A stretch of 64,000 nt of DNA from Eledone cirrhosa (lineage: Eukaryota): contig OZ024754.1 of assembly GCA_964016885.1 (NCBI GenBank), forward strand, positions 33,604,001-33,668,000, written 5' to 3'. The notes under the pieces were generated by a model. It did not search any database. It was not told where the DNA came from and was given only the letters and a program-made list of their open reading frames with translations. Shown piece after piece: positions 50,415-63,932 of this stretch; positions within the stretch are counted from its first letter, which is position 1; every line of letters begins with the position of its first letter. Made by a program: the position numbers and the translations under genes.

Positions 50415-52495
50415 GGGGAAGAAAAATTAATTTTCACGTACATATTCAGATAGGAGAATTCATTTCTCTATCGTGTCTGTCCTTCTTTCTCTGTTAATCT
50501 ACTATATACATAGAAGTGGTTACACAACAGTTAGTTCACCATACCAAGAACAATTGTTTCACCTTAGCGGATCCTCAGCTCTCCGTTAAGGTGACACAAT
50601 TGTTCTCGGTGTGGTGAACTAACTGTTGTGTTACCACTTCTACCTAACTCATGCCATGGACTGAGTGCTCTACCACTACGGATATTACCTTCCAGTGTTC
50701 TAGTATTATATATATATATATAGTAAAAAAAAGTGTGAACGTTATAAAACTATCTAGATCATGTTATATAAGGGGGTTAAAAAACACACCTTGTATATAC
50801 ATATATATAAAGGATCTTTATAATATGTACAAAAAATTGATGTTAAAAATTGATGTTAGCAAAGCTTGCTTTCTCCGTATTGGATTATCAAAACATTTGA
50901 TATTAGGTTAAATTGTTTTTTTCTCATTAAAATCCCTGCATGTTGATTCTTGACCACATTGGTTTGTCATGAAACATTCCAGGCGCTCTTGTAAGTGAAA
51001 ATTTGTTCCATGAATATGTTGGTTAGTGTACGATTGTTTGTGCTTTATTAACAAGATATGTTTAAAAAAAGATGATGTCATCTTATATTTCATCTATCAT
51101 GTCAGACTCTATTGACATTATAACTAAAGGTTTCAAGCTATAAGACTTAGTAACCTATCCTATAAAGTAAATTATATTATTCATGGCAGTATTGGTAGAG
51201 GATCGGACTCGATGCTTTCCAGCATAGTTACGTCCCTTTATGGTCTGAGTTAAAATCCCGCCGAGGTTAACTTTGCCTTTCATCCTTACAGGGTCGCTAA
51301 AATAAAGTACCATTAATGCACTGGGATAATTGCTGGCCTTGTGCCAAAAGTAGAAACAACTATTCATATCTAAACTATAATAAAGGAAGGTCTGCGAGAC
51401 TGCGTACGGTTTAGTAAAATAAGTTGTATTACTTTGAATAAATAATTGTTTCTACTTTTGGCACAAGGCCAGCAATTATTCCAGTGTATTACTGGTACTT
51501 TATTTTATTGACCCTGTAAGGATGAAAGGCAAAGTTAACCTCGGCGGGATTTGAACTCGGACCATAAAGGGCCGTAACTCTTTGCTGCAAGGCATGGCGT
51601 CCGACCTTCTACCGATACTGCCAATCCACCGCCCTTTGAATAAATAATTGTTTCTGCTTTTGGCACAAGGCCAGCAATTATCCCAGTGTATTACTGGTAC
51701 TTTATTTTATCGACCCTGTAAGGATGAAAGGCAAAGTTAACCTCGGCGGGATTTGAACTCAGACCGTAAAGGGACGTAACTATGCTAGAAATCATGGCGT
51801 CCAACCCTCTACCGATACTGCCAATTCACCAATGAATGAATATTACATAATTTATCTACTAAATTTCGTAAACAAAAATAATTTCGTAAAAATAAATAAT
51901 TTAAAATTGACTTCTTTTCAAAGTTGCACTTCCGGTATATCGTTGCCACCACCACCACTTCAACTACCATATATAGAGAGAAAGAGAGAGTGTGTGATGT
52001 CAACACTTCCAGTGGCGATCACTTAAATAAACATACTACTTTTCTGTCACTAATTTTCTCCTAATGCAGTTTATATTTAATATCGTCTTTTTCAATGTAT
52101 CATGGATTACGTTACTGATTACATAAGACAGTGTAACAACGTCTTCATTCAATTTCTATGTTAAATATATTGTCAATTACGATTTTATTTGATGTATCAT
52201 ATCTACATGTATATAATATCAATATACTTGCGTATAATATCAATATACACACTACACATGCTAGCAGAAAACTACCCGAGGGGTGGTTTTTCTGCTAGTA
52301 GTACATAATTGTCTCTACTTTAGTCACAAGGCCAGCAATTACCCAGTACATTACTGGTACTTTATTTTATCGACCCTGTAAGGATGAAAGGCAAAGTCAA
52401 CCTCGGCGGGATTTGAACTCAGATCGTAAAGGGACGTAACTATGCTGGAAAGCATGGCGTCCGACCCTCCACTGATACTGCCAATCTACCACCCT
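50040..52495. mobile_element. Six S1 SINE copies (50040-50160, 50190-50379, 51184-51364, 51443-51635, 51644-51830, 52306-52495)
   Basis: Shared S1 head and central domain. Confidence 0.88.
50546..50581 (-). ncRNA. Minimal hammerhead motif (family J) at the centre of palindrome 50511-50642
   Basis: GAG CTGAGGA T-CC-GCTAA-GG-T GAAAC AATT GTT CTT, with palindromic loop 3 AATT. Confidence 0.6.
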
Positions 52496-54489
52496 TAGTA
52501 GTACATAATAAAATAGGAATGTGCTACCTGGTGTCTCAGGTAACAATGGATGCCATCTTTGAAATCAACACCTTAAGATTAACTGAAAACAACAAAAAAA
52601 CATAAGTCAGCAAAAACTGTGTTTGACCAATGTCATAGGTGAATATAATACATAATAGTTAGGAAAATTAGTATGTGTGTGGATGTATGTGTGTATGTAT
52701 GTGTGTGTATGTGTGAGTATATGTATGTGTGTATGTATGTGTCTGTGTGTGTGTGTATGTATGTGTGCATGTGTGTGTGTGTATGTATGTGTGTGTATGT
52801 GTGAGTATATGTATGTGTGTATGTATGTGTCTGTGTGTGTGTGTATGTATGTATGTGTATATGTATGTATGTATGTATGTGGATATATGTATGTATGCGT
52901 GTGTGTGTATGTATGTGTGTGTATGTGTGAGTATATGTATGTGTGTATGTATGTGTCTGTGTGTGTATGTATGTATGTGTGTATGTATGTGTGTGTGTAT
53001 GCGTGTGTATATGTGTGAAAATATATGTGTGCGTGTATGTGTGTGTATGTGTGTGTGTGTATGTGTGAGTATATGTATGTGTGTATGTATGTGTCTGTGT
53101 GTGTGTATGTATGTGTGTATGTATGTGTGTATGTATGTGTGTGTATTTGTGTGTATATATGTATGTGTGTGTATATGTGTGAATATATGTATGTGTGCGT
53201 GTATGTGTGAGTATTTGTATGTGTGTATGTATGTGTGTGTGTATGTGTCTGTGTGTGTGTATGTGTGTATGTGTGTGTGTATGTACGTGTGTGTATATGT
53301 GTGAAAATATGTATGTGTGCGTGTATGTGTGTGTATGTATGTGTGTGTATGTGTGAGTATATGTATGTGTGTCTGTGTGTGTGTGTATGTATGTGTGTAT
53401 GTATGTGTGTGTATGTGTGTGTATATATGTACGTGTGTGTATATGTATGAATATATGTATGTGTGTGTATGTGTGTGTGTATGTGTGTGTGTATGTATGT
53501 ATGTGTGTGTATGTGTAGATGTATGTATGTCAGGTCGCTCTCGAGTGCTACGGGTAACATGTAACCCAGTACAACCTGTCTCGTGGTCGGGTCAGCAGCA
53601 GACTAAACCAACAACCCCATCAAGCTTGCTTGGTGAGGAGGGTGATATTTGGACACCCCGCGGGATGAAATACTGGATGAACTCAGCAGAGTCAATGGCC
53701 ATATATATAGTACTTATTTTTTTCACCTGGGAGTGAAGGGCCCCCCAGTTGCTGTCACAAGACCTTTCTAAGAGAAGGACACTCTGAAAACAAAACCTGA
53801 GGCTTCAGAAGCATCCGATGATGTCGACCAGTTCTCCTTTTTGGGTAGTGTTTCCGATGCTCAGAGAGTGGGATTGGTTGAGTGCAAGGCCTTTCCCTTC
53901 TTAAAAAACCTTCAAAGCACAGGCATTGCTTGTTCAGGATCTGTTACAGGTTCATGTGGCTGGCCATAGCCTAAAAGTGCAACATTTTCTGTAATCTGAC
54001 AAGCGATTGCAATAGTTTTAGCAGAGTTTGCAGCCATCTTGTATGTATGTGTATCTATGTGTCTGTGTATGTATGTGTATGTATGTGTGTGTGTGTGTGT
54101 TAGAAAGTCACCAGAATCTCCATTGCTTCTTTCATTTGACATGTGTTCAATGACAAGTTTAATCATCAACGTAGTTATCTCATTATTGTCATTGTCATTT
54201 CATTATTGTAGAATGTGAGAGAATGACATCCATCACCTACTTCTCCACCACCTGTCTATTAACAATCATGGCAAAACATCCTCACCACCACCACTTTAAT
54301 CATCATCACTACCATTACCACCACCACCATCATCATCATCACCACCATCACCACCATCACTATCACCACCATCACCTTAACCACCACCACCATCACCACC
54401 ATTATCATCATCACCACCATCATCACCACCACCACCATCATCACCACCATCATCACCACCATCATCATCATCATCATCATGTCCAATCC

Positions 54490-55565
54490 AACGCCGCTTC
54501 CTCCCCAGAATCTACTTGTTCCTGTCCCACTCACTCCCACAGATGTTCATTTCTGATCTTCTCCTGCCATTTGATGTTGTAGAGGCGTCTCAGTCACGTG
54601 TTGAAGAATGTCTGGAACTTCTGCTGCCTTTTCCGTATTGTCCTCCACATTTCACATCCATACAGCAGTTGGATGTGAAGTTGAAGGTGTGAAGTTTAGT
54701 CCTTGGGCAGATCTCTTTTGATGCCCAGATGTTTTTTAGTATGATGAAAGCTGCTCTTGACTTGCCAATCCTGGCTGTCACATCTCGTTCAGTTCCCCCC
54801 ACATCAATCAACCATACTTCCCAAGGTAGACAAATGACAAGTGACCCCACCTCTCTGATGGGCACTCCACCGACTGTAAATGGTGTGTTGGCAGTGGTGT
54901 TGATCTTCACCAGCTCAGTTTTCATCATCCTCATCATCGTCGATTAACATCTATCTTCCACGCTAGCATGGGTTGGACGGGTTTGTCCCATTTAGAGGCA
55001 AGTTGGGTCGGGTGACCGTGTCTCACTCATATATGAGAGTTTCTGGCTAGTTTTCTACAGCTGGATGCCCTTCCTAGCGCCAACCACATTGGCAGTGTGC
55101 TGGGTACTTTTTGCCATGTCTTTTACACATCCACTTTACAGTGTGTGCTGGGTGTTTGGGGACTGGTTTTCTATGGCTCGATGCCCTTCCTAACACCAAC
55201 CACATTAACAGTGTGTGTTGGGTACTTTTAGTCATCATGATACCTACACAATTTTGTTTTTGTTTATCTTGGGCCTTGTCTCGGCTGATGTGGTCTCCAA
55301 GCATGAGGTCTTATCCTGTATCTCATCATAACTATGTGACAAGAGTGTCAGAACATCGGCAAAATCGAGGTCATCCAGTTGTGTCCGGGGTGTCCACTGT
55401 ATACCATTGTTCTTGTCTCTTGTAGTGGTTTTCATTATCCAGTCAAAGACTCTCTGACAGTTGGTCAGCATGGGTGATCTTATAGCTCATGTCTTGGTAA
55501 GTGCACTGGATAAGGGAGATGATCTTCCCAGGCACTCCATAGTACATCAGCAGCTTCCACAGTGA
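54490..55565 (-). mobile_element. Degenerate RTE (BovB/SR2-like) RT fragment interrupted by a SINE-derived piece (54925-55245)
   Basis: GIQWTPRTQLDDLDFADVLTLLSHS; GGTERDVTARIGKSRAAFIILKNIW. Confidence 0.85.
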
Positions 55566-55678
55566 CGAGGAGATGACGAAGGACCGTGACAAGTGGAGAG
55601 ATGCTGTGCTGAATAGGACCCATCCAGCCCTTGCAAGCAGGGAAAAGTGGACGTAAAATGCTGTTGATGATGATGATA
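55566..55678 (+). mobile_element. RTE 3' tail fragment
   Basis: Matches 36186-36290. Confidence 0.85.
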
Positions 55679-55693
55679 TATATATAAGTGTAT

Positions 55694-55725
<32 letters not shown>

Positions 55726-56058
55726 TTCCGTTTAACGTCAATTTTTCCACACTTGCATGGGTTAGATGGGTCGTCAATGTTGGGTGGCAAGTCTGGCCAG
55801 AGCTGGCCATATGTCACACCTTGCTCCGGCGAAGACTGTAAATTTGGGCTGGGTGTTTTACAGCTGGATACCCTTCCTAACACCAACCACATTTACAGTG
55901 TGGAAATATATATATATGTATGTATACAAATAAAATACAGAGTTGCTAACTCATATTTATCAAACCAATATGGTATTTCAACCCTCGTAATTTTAGACAC
56001 ATAATTTTCTGTGTATATTTCTACATATATTATTATGTATGTATATATGTATTTATGA

Positions 56059-56100
<42 letters not shown>

Positions 56101-56104
<4 letters not shown>

Positions 56105-56490
56105 ATCAGGAAGGTGAGGAAAAGAGACTGTTCTGAACTGCCTGCTGTTGAACATCATCTGGTTTGCCAGCACTGTGGTCAAGTCTGCCTGAATAAAGCT
56201 GGTTTGATTAGACACAAACAAAGTCATATCAGTAGACATCATGTAGAATATGATCTGAAAAGGTGTAAGGAATGTGGCAAGGAATGTGCTAGAATGGGAG
56301 GTCTTAAAAGACACATGAGAACACACAGCCAGAACAAAGCAAAGGAAAGTCCCAGAAGAGCCTACAGTAGACATATATGTGCCGTAGGGTGCATGTCTTT
56401 GGCTGGTTTAAAGAGCCACATTCGTGCTTCACAATTTTGAGCATTTTATCAGACGATGACAATGCTCGAACACGAGTTTGCAGCCATCAT
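56101..56490 (+). mobile_element. C2H2 zinc-finger-encoding segment, probably the 3' end of an RTE-type LINE
   Basis: CQHCGQVCLNKAGLIRHKQSH, CKECGKECARMGGLKRHMRTH and a degenerate CAVGCMSLAGLKSHIRA. No TGEKP linkers; followed by a ctcg..cgag hairpin and a catcat tail. Confidence 0.6.
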
Positions 56491-56792
56491 AATCCTATTA
56501 CATCCACTTTTCTATGTTGGCATAGGTTGGATGTGTCTTTTCTATCACAGCCTCCTGTTGTTCTCCTTCGTCTCTTCTGAAAGGCTCAATATTTTGAAAT
56601 CACCTCTCACATATTCTGCTCAGTTCCTTCTCAATCTTCCTCTACTGCAGCTTCTTTCCACTAGCATCTCTTGTTACTTCTTCACCCAATCAACATCATC
56701 CATATCTATTACACATCCCCACCACTGCAATCTCCTTCTCTTGCACATTACATCTGATTCCTCTTATACCTAATTTTTCACCCAACACATCC

Positions 56793-56795
<3 letters not shown>
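56490..56795 (-). mobile_element. Old RTE 3' fragment
   Basis: Diverged reverse-complement match to 35975-36275. Confidence 0.7.
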
Positions 56796-56842
<47 letters not shown>

Positions 56843-57607
56843 CTATGATTGTGTGTGTGTGTATATATATGTGTATTGTGTGTCTATGTGTGTGTATGTG
56901 AGTGTGTGTGTGTGTGTGCGTGTGTGTGTGTGTGCGTTTGGGCTCTATTTCTTAGAAAGGTAGCCATTACCAGATCACCAGTCTTATTATATATATATAT
57001 ATATATATATACATATGTGTGTGTGTGTTTATATATGTAAACATATGTATGTTTGTATGTAAACATGCGTATGTATATGTATACACAGACACATAACTAG
57101 AACTACACAAACATGCCCACAAACCATTGGTTAGAATCAGTAAAAGTATGTTGAAGAAGTAAATACAATTAGTGGTAATTGTGAGAGAGAGAGAGAGATA
57201 AGAGATAGAAGAATCTCTATATATGGGAAACTGAAGCATTTCAAGTGTAAATAGTAATATTTACAGTAACATTTCTAAGTTAAATATTCTAGAATATTCT
57301 TCAAGTCTTAAAGACACCTTGGGGGAAGAATATTTAGGAGAGATTTGCTTAGTTTAGCATTGCTGCAGCAGCTTTATTTGATACTTAATCCTGTTTTACA
57401 TCGTGGAAGAATCATTTTAACAATTCAAAAAAAATACTCAAAAGCTGTTAAATTCATTTTACATTTATCTGAGTTTTTTCTTTTTTTCTTTTATTTTTTC
57501 CATGGTGTTGGAATTTTTTGCACTGTTTTAAACTTGGTCATTGACACAGTTCATGAAATAAATTCTAAATGTAAAGTGAATTAAACAACCTTTGTAAGTT
57601 TTCAAAT

Positions 57608-58235
57608 AGCTAAAGTGATTCTTTCACAATGTAATTGCTTTAGTTTCAACATTGAGTTTCACATCAAGTCACCTGCCAGAGTTATACATCTATGTGTGAG
57701 TGACCAGATCATAAAAGAGCTAAAGTGACTCTTTCAACATTGAATCTCAGATCAAGTCACGTGCCAGAGTAGTACATCTGTGTGAATGACGAGATCATAA
57801 AAGATCTAAAGTGATTCTTTCACAATGTAATTGCTTTAGTTTCAATACAGTCTCAGATCAAGTCACTTGCTAGACAAGTATAACTGAGGCTAAAATGACT
57901 CTTTTATGTTGTAATTGCTTTAGTACCAACACACAACATACAGTCTCAGATCAAGTCACTTTCCAGACAAGTACAACTGTGGATAAAATGACACTTCCAT
58001 ACTGTAATTGTTTTTATTTCAACACATAGTCTCAGATCAAGTCACCTGCCAGACAAGTACAGCTGTAGCTAAATTGACTTTTCCACAGTGCAATTGCTTT
58101 AGTTCCAACACACAATCTCAGATTAAGTCACCTGCCAGAGTAATACAACTATGTTTCAGTGACCAGATCATAAAATAACTAAAATAACGTTTCCACAATG
58201 TAATTGCTCTAGTTTCAATACACAATCTCAGATCA
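57608..58235. repeat. Diverged ~80-110-bp tandem repeat
   Basis: Recurrent tgtaattgctttagtttcaa..tctcagatcaagtcacctgccaga. Confidence 0.85.
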
Positions 58236-59373
58236 ACTGAGTTCCAAATAACTGCCATCCTTGTATGCTGTCTGGCAGCTATAAGATGTGTCCAGCCAAT
58301 CAGAACTGGCAATAGTAGAGTTACATCTATGGAGGATTCCTTTATTTGTTATATAGTCACATGTGCTTGGGCAGCAAACTCCTGAACCACACAGCCATGC
58401 CTGTGTAAAATAGTCAATGTTGCTGCCAGTTACTCTTTGAGAGCAGCTGGAATTCTGGTAAAATGTCATTGAAAATGTTCATATACTGACATACCCTTAT
58501 TGATTAACAAGATCCCAGACAAATCGGGGTGGAACTCATCAAATCAGACCAAGGAAACAATGTTTCCATTGGCCTTTCTATTGCTGATACTATATACTAT
58601 CTGGCAGAATATACTGACATACTGTCGAGGTGCTCCATAGATCTGAATAATTATCATAGGGACTCACAGTGTGCGTATGTGCTTAGAATGTCTCAGGAAA
58701 GAATTGCTGGACAGATTTTATGGGCAAAACCAGTTGGCAAGTGACCTAGGGGTAGACTCTGAGGAAGATGGTTGGATAGCATCCATGAGAATCAGTTGGA
58801 GACAGTTGTTTCTGTCAGGACCCGCTGAAAGGAGTGTTTGGGACTCTACCCCTATGACCCTCTCAGAAATAAGTGGACGAAGAAAAAGAAGACTTCCAGT
58901 GAACACAATTAAATATCTTTTGAAAAAATTATCATTAACAACCCTATTTAGAAACATTGTATTGTTTTACTATTTCGGTTGCTGCTAGTAGAAATAACAT
59001 TATTATTTCTACCATAAATCAATAGTTGTACTCTTGACAACCTAATCAATACTCTTGTCACCAGTGCCTATAATTGGTCTCAAGAAATATATTATAAAGG
59101 TTACTAATCTATCTTCTTTTCACTATTATCTTTTCTTCTTTTCTTTAACATTTCTTCTCCCGTGGAAACAATTCTCATGATTGGTTTCATTTGTTTCAAG
59201 TACCTTTGTCAGAGATAGATGTACTTGCTAGGCAACTAATTGGTAATTAATCCTTTGATCATCAGGTCTAGGTTTCCCCTACATTTCCCAATGTAGGAAT
59301 TCATTATTACCGACATGAAAATACAAAATATATAAGGATGTTATTTTTTTTTTAAATGTTATATGTATATAAT

Positions 59374-59479
<106 letters not shown>

Positions 59480-59481
59480 GA

Positions 59482-59819
59482 TGGAGGCACATGGCTTAGT
59501 GGTTAGATCATTGGCTTTGCAATCGAAAGGTTGTGAGTTCAATTCTCAGACCGGGTGATGTGTTGTTTCCTTGAGCAAGACACTTTATTTCACATTGCTC
59601 CAGTTTACTCAGCTGTAGAAATGAGATGATAGGGACTGGGGTCCCTATCATTCCACTGCAAAGTGGTCGTGGAGGTGCCGCAGCAAAAACCACCCTGCAC
59701 TCACTGTAAATGAGGTTGGTGTTAGGAAGGACATCCAGCTGTAGAAATCAAGCCAGAATCAGTTCCCGTCCCACCCTTGCAAGCAGGGAAAAGTGGACGT
59801 AAAATGGTGATGATGATGA

Positions 59820-59822
<3 letters not shown>
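59482..59822 (+). mobile_element. SINE S2, full length
   Basis: Matches 5902-6240. Confidence 0.92.
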
Positions 59823-59865
<43 letters not shown>

Positions 59866-60384
59866 TCATCATCATCGTTTAACATCTATTTCCATGCTAG
59901 GATGGGTTAGATGGTTTTGTTCCATTTGATGCGGGAATGATCGGGAGACTGTGTCTCGCTCATACGGAAGTGTCTCTGGCAGACATTTACAGCTGGATAG
60001 ATGTCCTTCCTAACACCAACCACATTTACAGTGTGTACTGGGTGCTTTTTGTCATGACACCTACATGACCACTTTACAGTGTGTACTGGGTGCTTTTTGT
60101 CATGACACCTACATGACCACTTTACAGTGTGGACTGCTGTGTCATTGACACAGTTGACGGAACAGGAAAGGGGGGATGGGGTAGGGTGTGTGGGGTGGGG
60201 TGTACATTGGGTTAAGAGGTGCCTACTGACTGTAGGTTTGTATGCAATGGCAGTTGGGTCTTCTGTACAACTGCATGGTGCCAAAGATCTCGATCCAGTG
60301 TCATTGTCAAATTAAAAAACGGAGTTAAAGACTCGCATTAATCCCCTATAATTTAATGAGCTCAAGGAATAGAATCTGGGCTCT

Positions 60385-60760
60385 TTATAAGACAGTATAT
60401 AGAGAAAATCACACACAGAGGTTTGTGTTCAATTATAGGGGATAGAATACAACCAGAGTGAAAAATATATTGTCTATGAAAGGAATGGAGAATACATATC
60501 AATTAAAAGAATAAATTAAAATGTACAAACCATCCGTTTATAAGTATAACACCTGGACACACTCATATAAGAGAATGTTTCACCATAGAAAGTGAAGCTT
60601 CCATATTGCGGCAAAACATTCTCTTATTTAATTTATTCTTTTAATTGATATGTATTCTTTATTTATTTGGTAGACATTATGTTTTTCACTCTAGTGGTAT
60701 TCTATCCCCTATAATTGAACACATACCTCTTTGTGTATTATTCTCTATATACTGTCATAA
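60385..60760. repeat. Diverged inverted repeat (~135-bp arms) ending at (TA)n
   Basis: gacagtatatagagaa..tgtgttcaattataggggatagaatac / gtattctatcccctataattgaacaca..ttctctatatactgtc. Confidence 0.8.
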
Positions 60761-60787
60761 ATATATATATATAGATAGATAGATATA

Positions 60788-61157
60788 TTTCTTTATTAGC
60801 CACAGGGGCACAAAAGAAGGGGACAAATACAAAGGGGGACGTTTACATACAATAAAAACGTGTAAAATGTTATCACAAATGCAATTTAAAAAGTTAGTCG
60901 ATTTTCCCCAATAGGGGGAGACAGTTTATATGGGTAACACATACCCCCGAAAAAATGTGCAACCCTCATCTCCAGGAGTACGAAGAGTTTGTACTCCTTT
61001 CCTCTCCTCCTTTTCCTCAACCTACAGGCTGATATAGAGAGAAGGCCCATTCACTCGGGCCATTCTCGCCACTTTCACCCACCTTTCATAAAACTTGCTG
61101 GGGTACAGCACCTCTCTCTCCATCCTGATTCTTCTTCGAAAGTGGTATTTGAAAAAA
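60788..61157 (-). mobile_element. Tx1/L1-like 3' end in (GATA)n
   Basis: Near-identical reverse complement of 14558-14927, with tagatagata on both flanks. Confidence 0.8.
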
Positions 61158-61584
61158 TAGATAGATAGATAGATAAATAGATTATGTTACTCAACACAGG
61201 AAGCTCGATAAAGATTAACCTGTTGACTGCCACATATATTTTACACAGCTACAGTTGCTGTGCCTGGGTTTATTCGGTAGAATGACTATTTTTTTAAACA
61301 AACATTTATTAACAACACATGTCTGAATGATTGACAAACACCACATCAATAAACTACTAACCCCATCTAGCTTTGAAGTTATGAACTGTTGGACGAGTTA
61401 TCTCGTCCGTGGCACTGAAGAGGTTAAATTTGGAGCATATTTTATACAAATTTAAAGAATATATCAAAAAGCTTTTTTCATATATCAAGTTGAGAAACAA
61501 AAACTAGAATTATGTACATATATAGAGAGGGAGGCACAAATAATGAATGTACTCACATAAATTACAAATTCTCAGATGGCTGTT

Positions 61585-61900
61585 TCTACCACATTTACAG
61601 TGTTGACTGGTTGCTTTTTACCATGGCACCAAGATGATCCCTTTACAGTAGGGATTGGGTGCTTTTTGTGGTGTCACCAATACTATCACTTTGCAGTGTG
61701 GACTGGGCGCTTTTTGTGGTGTCACCAACACAATCACTTTACAGTGTGGACTGGACGCTTTTTGTGGTGTCACCAACACAATCACTTTACAGTGTGGACT
61801 GGGCACTTTTTGTGGTGTCACCAACACAACCACTTTACTGTGTGAACTGGGTGTTTTTTATCATGTCACCAGCACAACCACTTTACTGTGTGGACTAGGG
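61585..61900. repeat. 48-bp SINE-derived minisatellite, opposite orientation to 21943-22617
   Basis: cactttacagtgtggactgggcgctttttgtggtgtcaccaacacaat units. Confidence 0.85.
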
Positions 61901-62285
61901 GCTGTGATATATTAGAGTGGGTGTTTAAAATTCCATTGTTCTTAAAGCACTCAATACACTTAAGAAAAGTGTAAATTTTATTTCTTAAAAACAGAAGTAG
62001 CAGAGACTTCGAAGTTTCAGATTTGTTGCTTCAGCTTCCTTACATACACACCTAAAAATATCTATTTTACATCATTAAAAAAATTGAATCAGTAAAAAAG
62101 AGAATGTTTAGATTATGGTTTATAATATATTTCAACCACTTTTATTCAATAGACTTTCTTGTCATTGTGTAGAAAAACAACAAAATTGTGTTAATGGCAT
62201 TACCAATAAAATATTCAATATGTATCAATAATATTTTTCAGATTTTCTCAATAAAACTGTTTGAGAATATAAATATGTTTGGTTT

Positions 62286-62316
<31 letters not shown>

Positions 62317-63146
62317 TTATTATTATCATCATCATCACCACCGTTATCACCATCATCACCACCACCATCACCACCACTGCCATCATCATCATCATCATCA
62401 TCATAACCATCATCGGCATCATCACAACCACCACCACCGTGTGTGTGTGCATTTTAACTATTAATACCCTACAATGATTGAGTAGAAAACTACAAAAAGC
62501 TGATTTGTTAATTCACTTGTTTATGGTGAAGGCACATGGTTTAGTGGTTAGAGCATCAGACAGACAATTGTGAGGTTGTGAGTTCAATTCTCAAACTCTT
62601 CATGGGCAACTGCTGGTCTTCCATAAACTACCTTACCCAGGCTTGTGTCTCAGAGGAGACCATTCTTGGTACAAACCTCATCTTCGTTCGTGATCGGAGG
62701 GAGTCTTTACTTGTTTATCTTTATTGGTAGACATCGTTATGAAAATTTGCAGTATTAAAGACTTTAATATTTAATGTGATGCAATCTTAGTGGTGCTTTG
62801 TACTTTTCATGAATGTCTTGCTCATGTGGTTTCATGTGGTACAGGATGTTAAGAATTAATGAACGAATAAATATTCTTGAGAATGCTATTATTAAAATAA
62901 CTAACAATGTTTCACTAGAAAACTGCTATTAAATGTTCTTCATGATAGATTTTCTTAATGAATGAATATTTCATAAGTTTGAAATTAAAACAAAATATGC
63001 TTTTTCTTAAAATTTTATTGGTTAAATTTAAATTTTCTTTTTAAAAGCAAATAAATTTCATTATATATTAAACAGCATACTCTTCATTTATAACTTTTTG
63101 AAATTTACACACTCACACACACACACACATACACTCTCTCTCTCCC

Positions 63147-63179
<33 letters not shown>

Positions 63180-63569
63180 TACACACACACTAACCAGTCA
63201 AGCTCACACAATATGCAAATGAGCATACCTAGCAGATTTTATTCACAAAAAGTATATGAACTATCACTTTTACACTTCCTTTCTCTCATTTTATATCCTT
63301 CTCTGAAAGAAATCTGTGCATTCTGACCTGGAGAGGGTTAGGCTCTACCGAGTTTGAGAATGCCCTAGAAACATTATGTGCCAAAATGGAGTCCCCAATG
63401 ACTCCCTCATGAGTTACGGAACCATACATACATATAAACTATAGCTTATTCTTAGATAAAAACAACAATAGTATCTGGTGATTTCACATGGCTACTGAAA
63501 TAGCTGTGACATGATCACAGCTTTAAATATTCATAAAAACATTTAGGGATTTAGGGATTTATATCATAT

Positions 63570-63815
63570 ATCATCATCATCATCATCATTTTACGTACGC
63601 TTTTCCCTGCTTGCAAGGGTACGATGGGCCCTATTCAGCATCTCTCCACTTGTCACGGTCCTTCGTCATCTCCTCTGTGAGCTTCAGCGATCTGAGGTCT
63701 GTTCTCACCACCTCCACCCATGGTTTTTGTGGTTTTCCTCTATTGCATCTTCCTTCTACTGCGATTTCTTGGTACTTCTTTACCCAGCGGTCATGCTCCA
63801 TGCACATCACATATA
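63570..63815 (-). mobile_element. RTE 3' end
   Basis: VMCMEHDRWVKKYQEIAVEGRCNRGKPQKPWVEVVRTDLRSL, with the shared tail and (cat)n. Confidence 0.88.
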
Positions 63816-63901
63816 TGTTTATATATATATGTTTATTCAAACATATTGTATATGCCTCCATATGCACTTTTATTATGAATCATACTATGTTAGTGCTGCT
63901 G

Positions 63902-63932
<31 letters not shown>

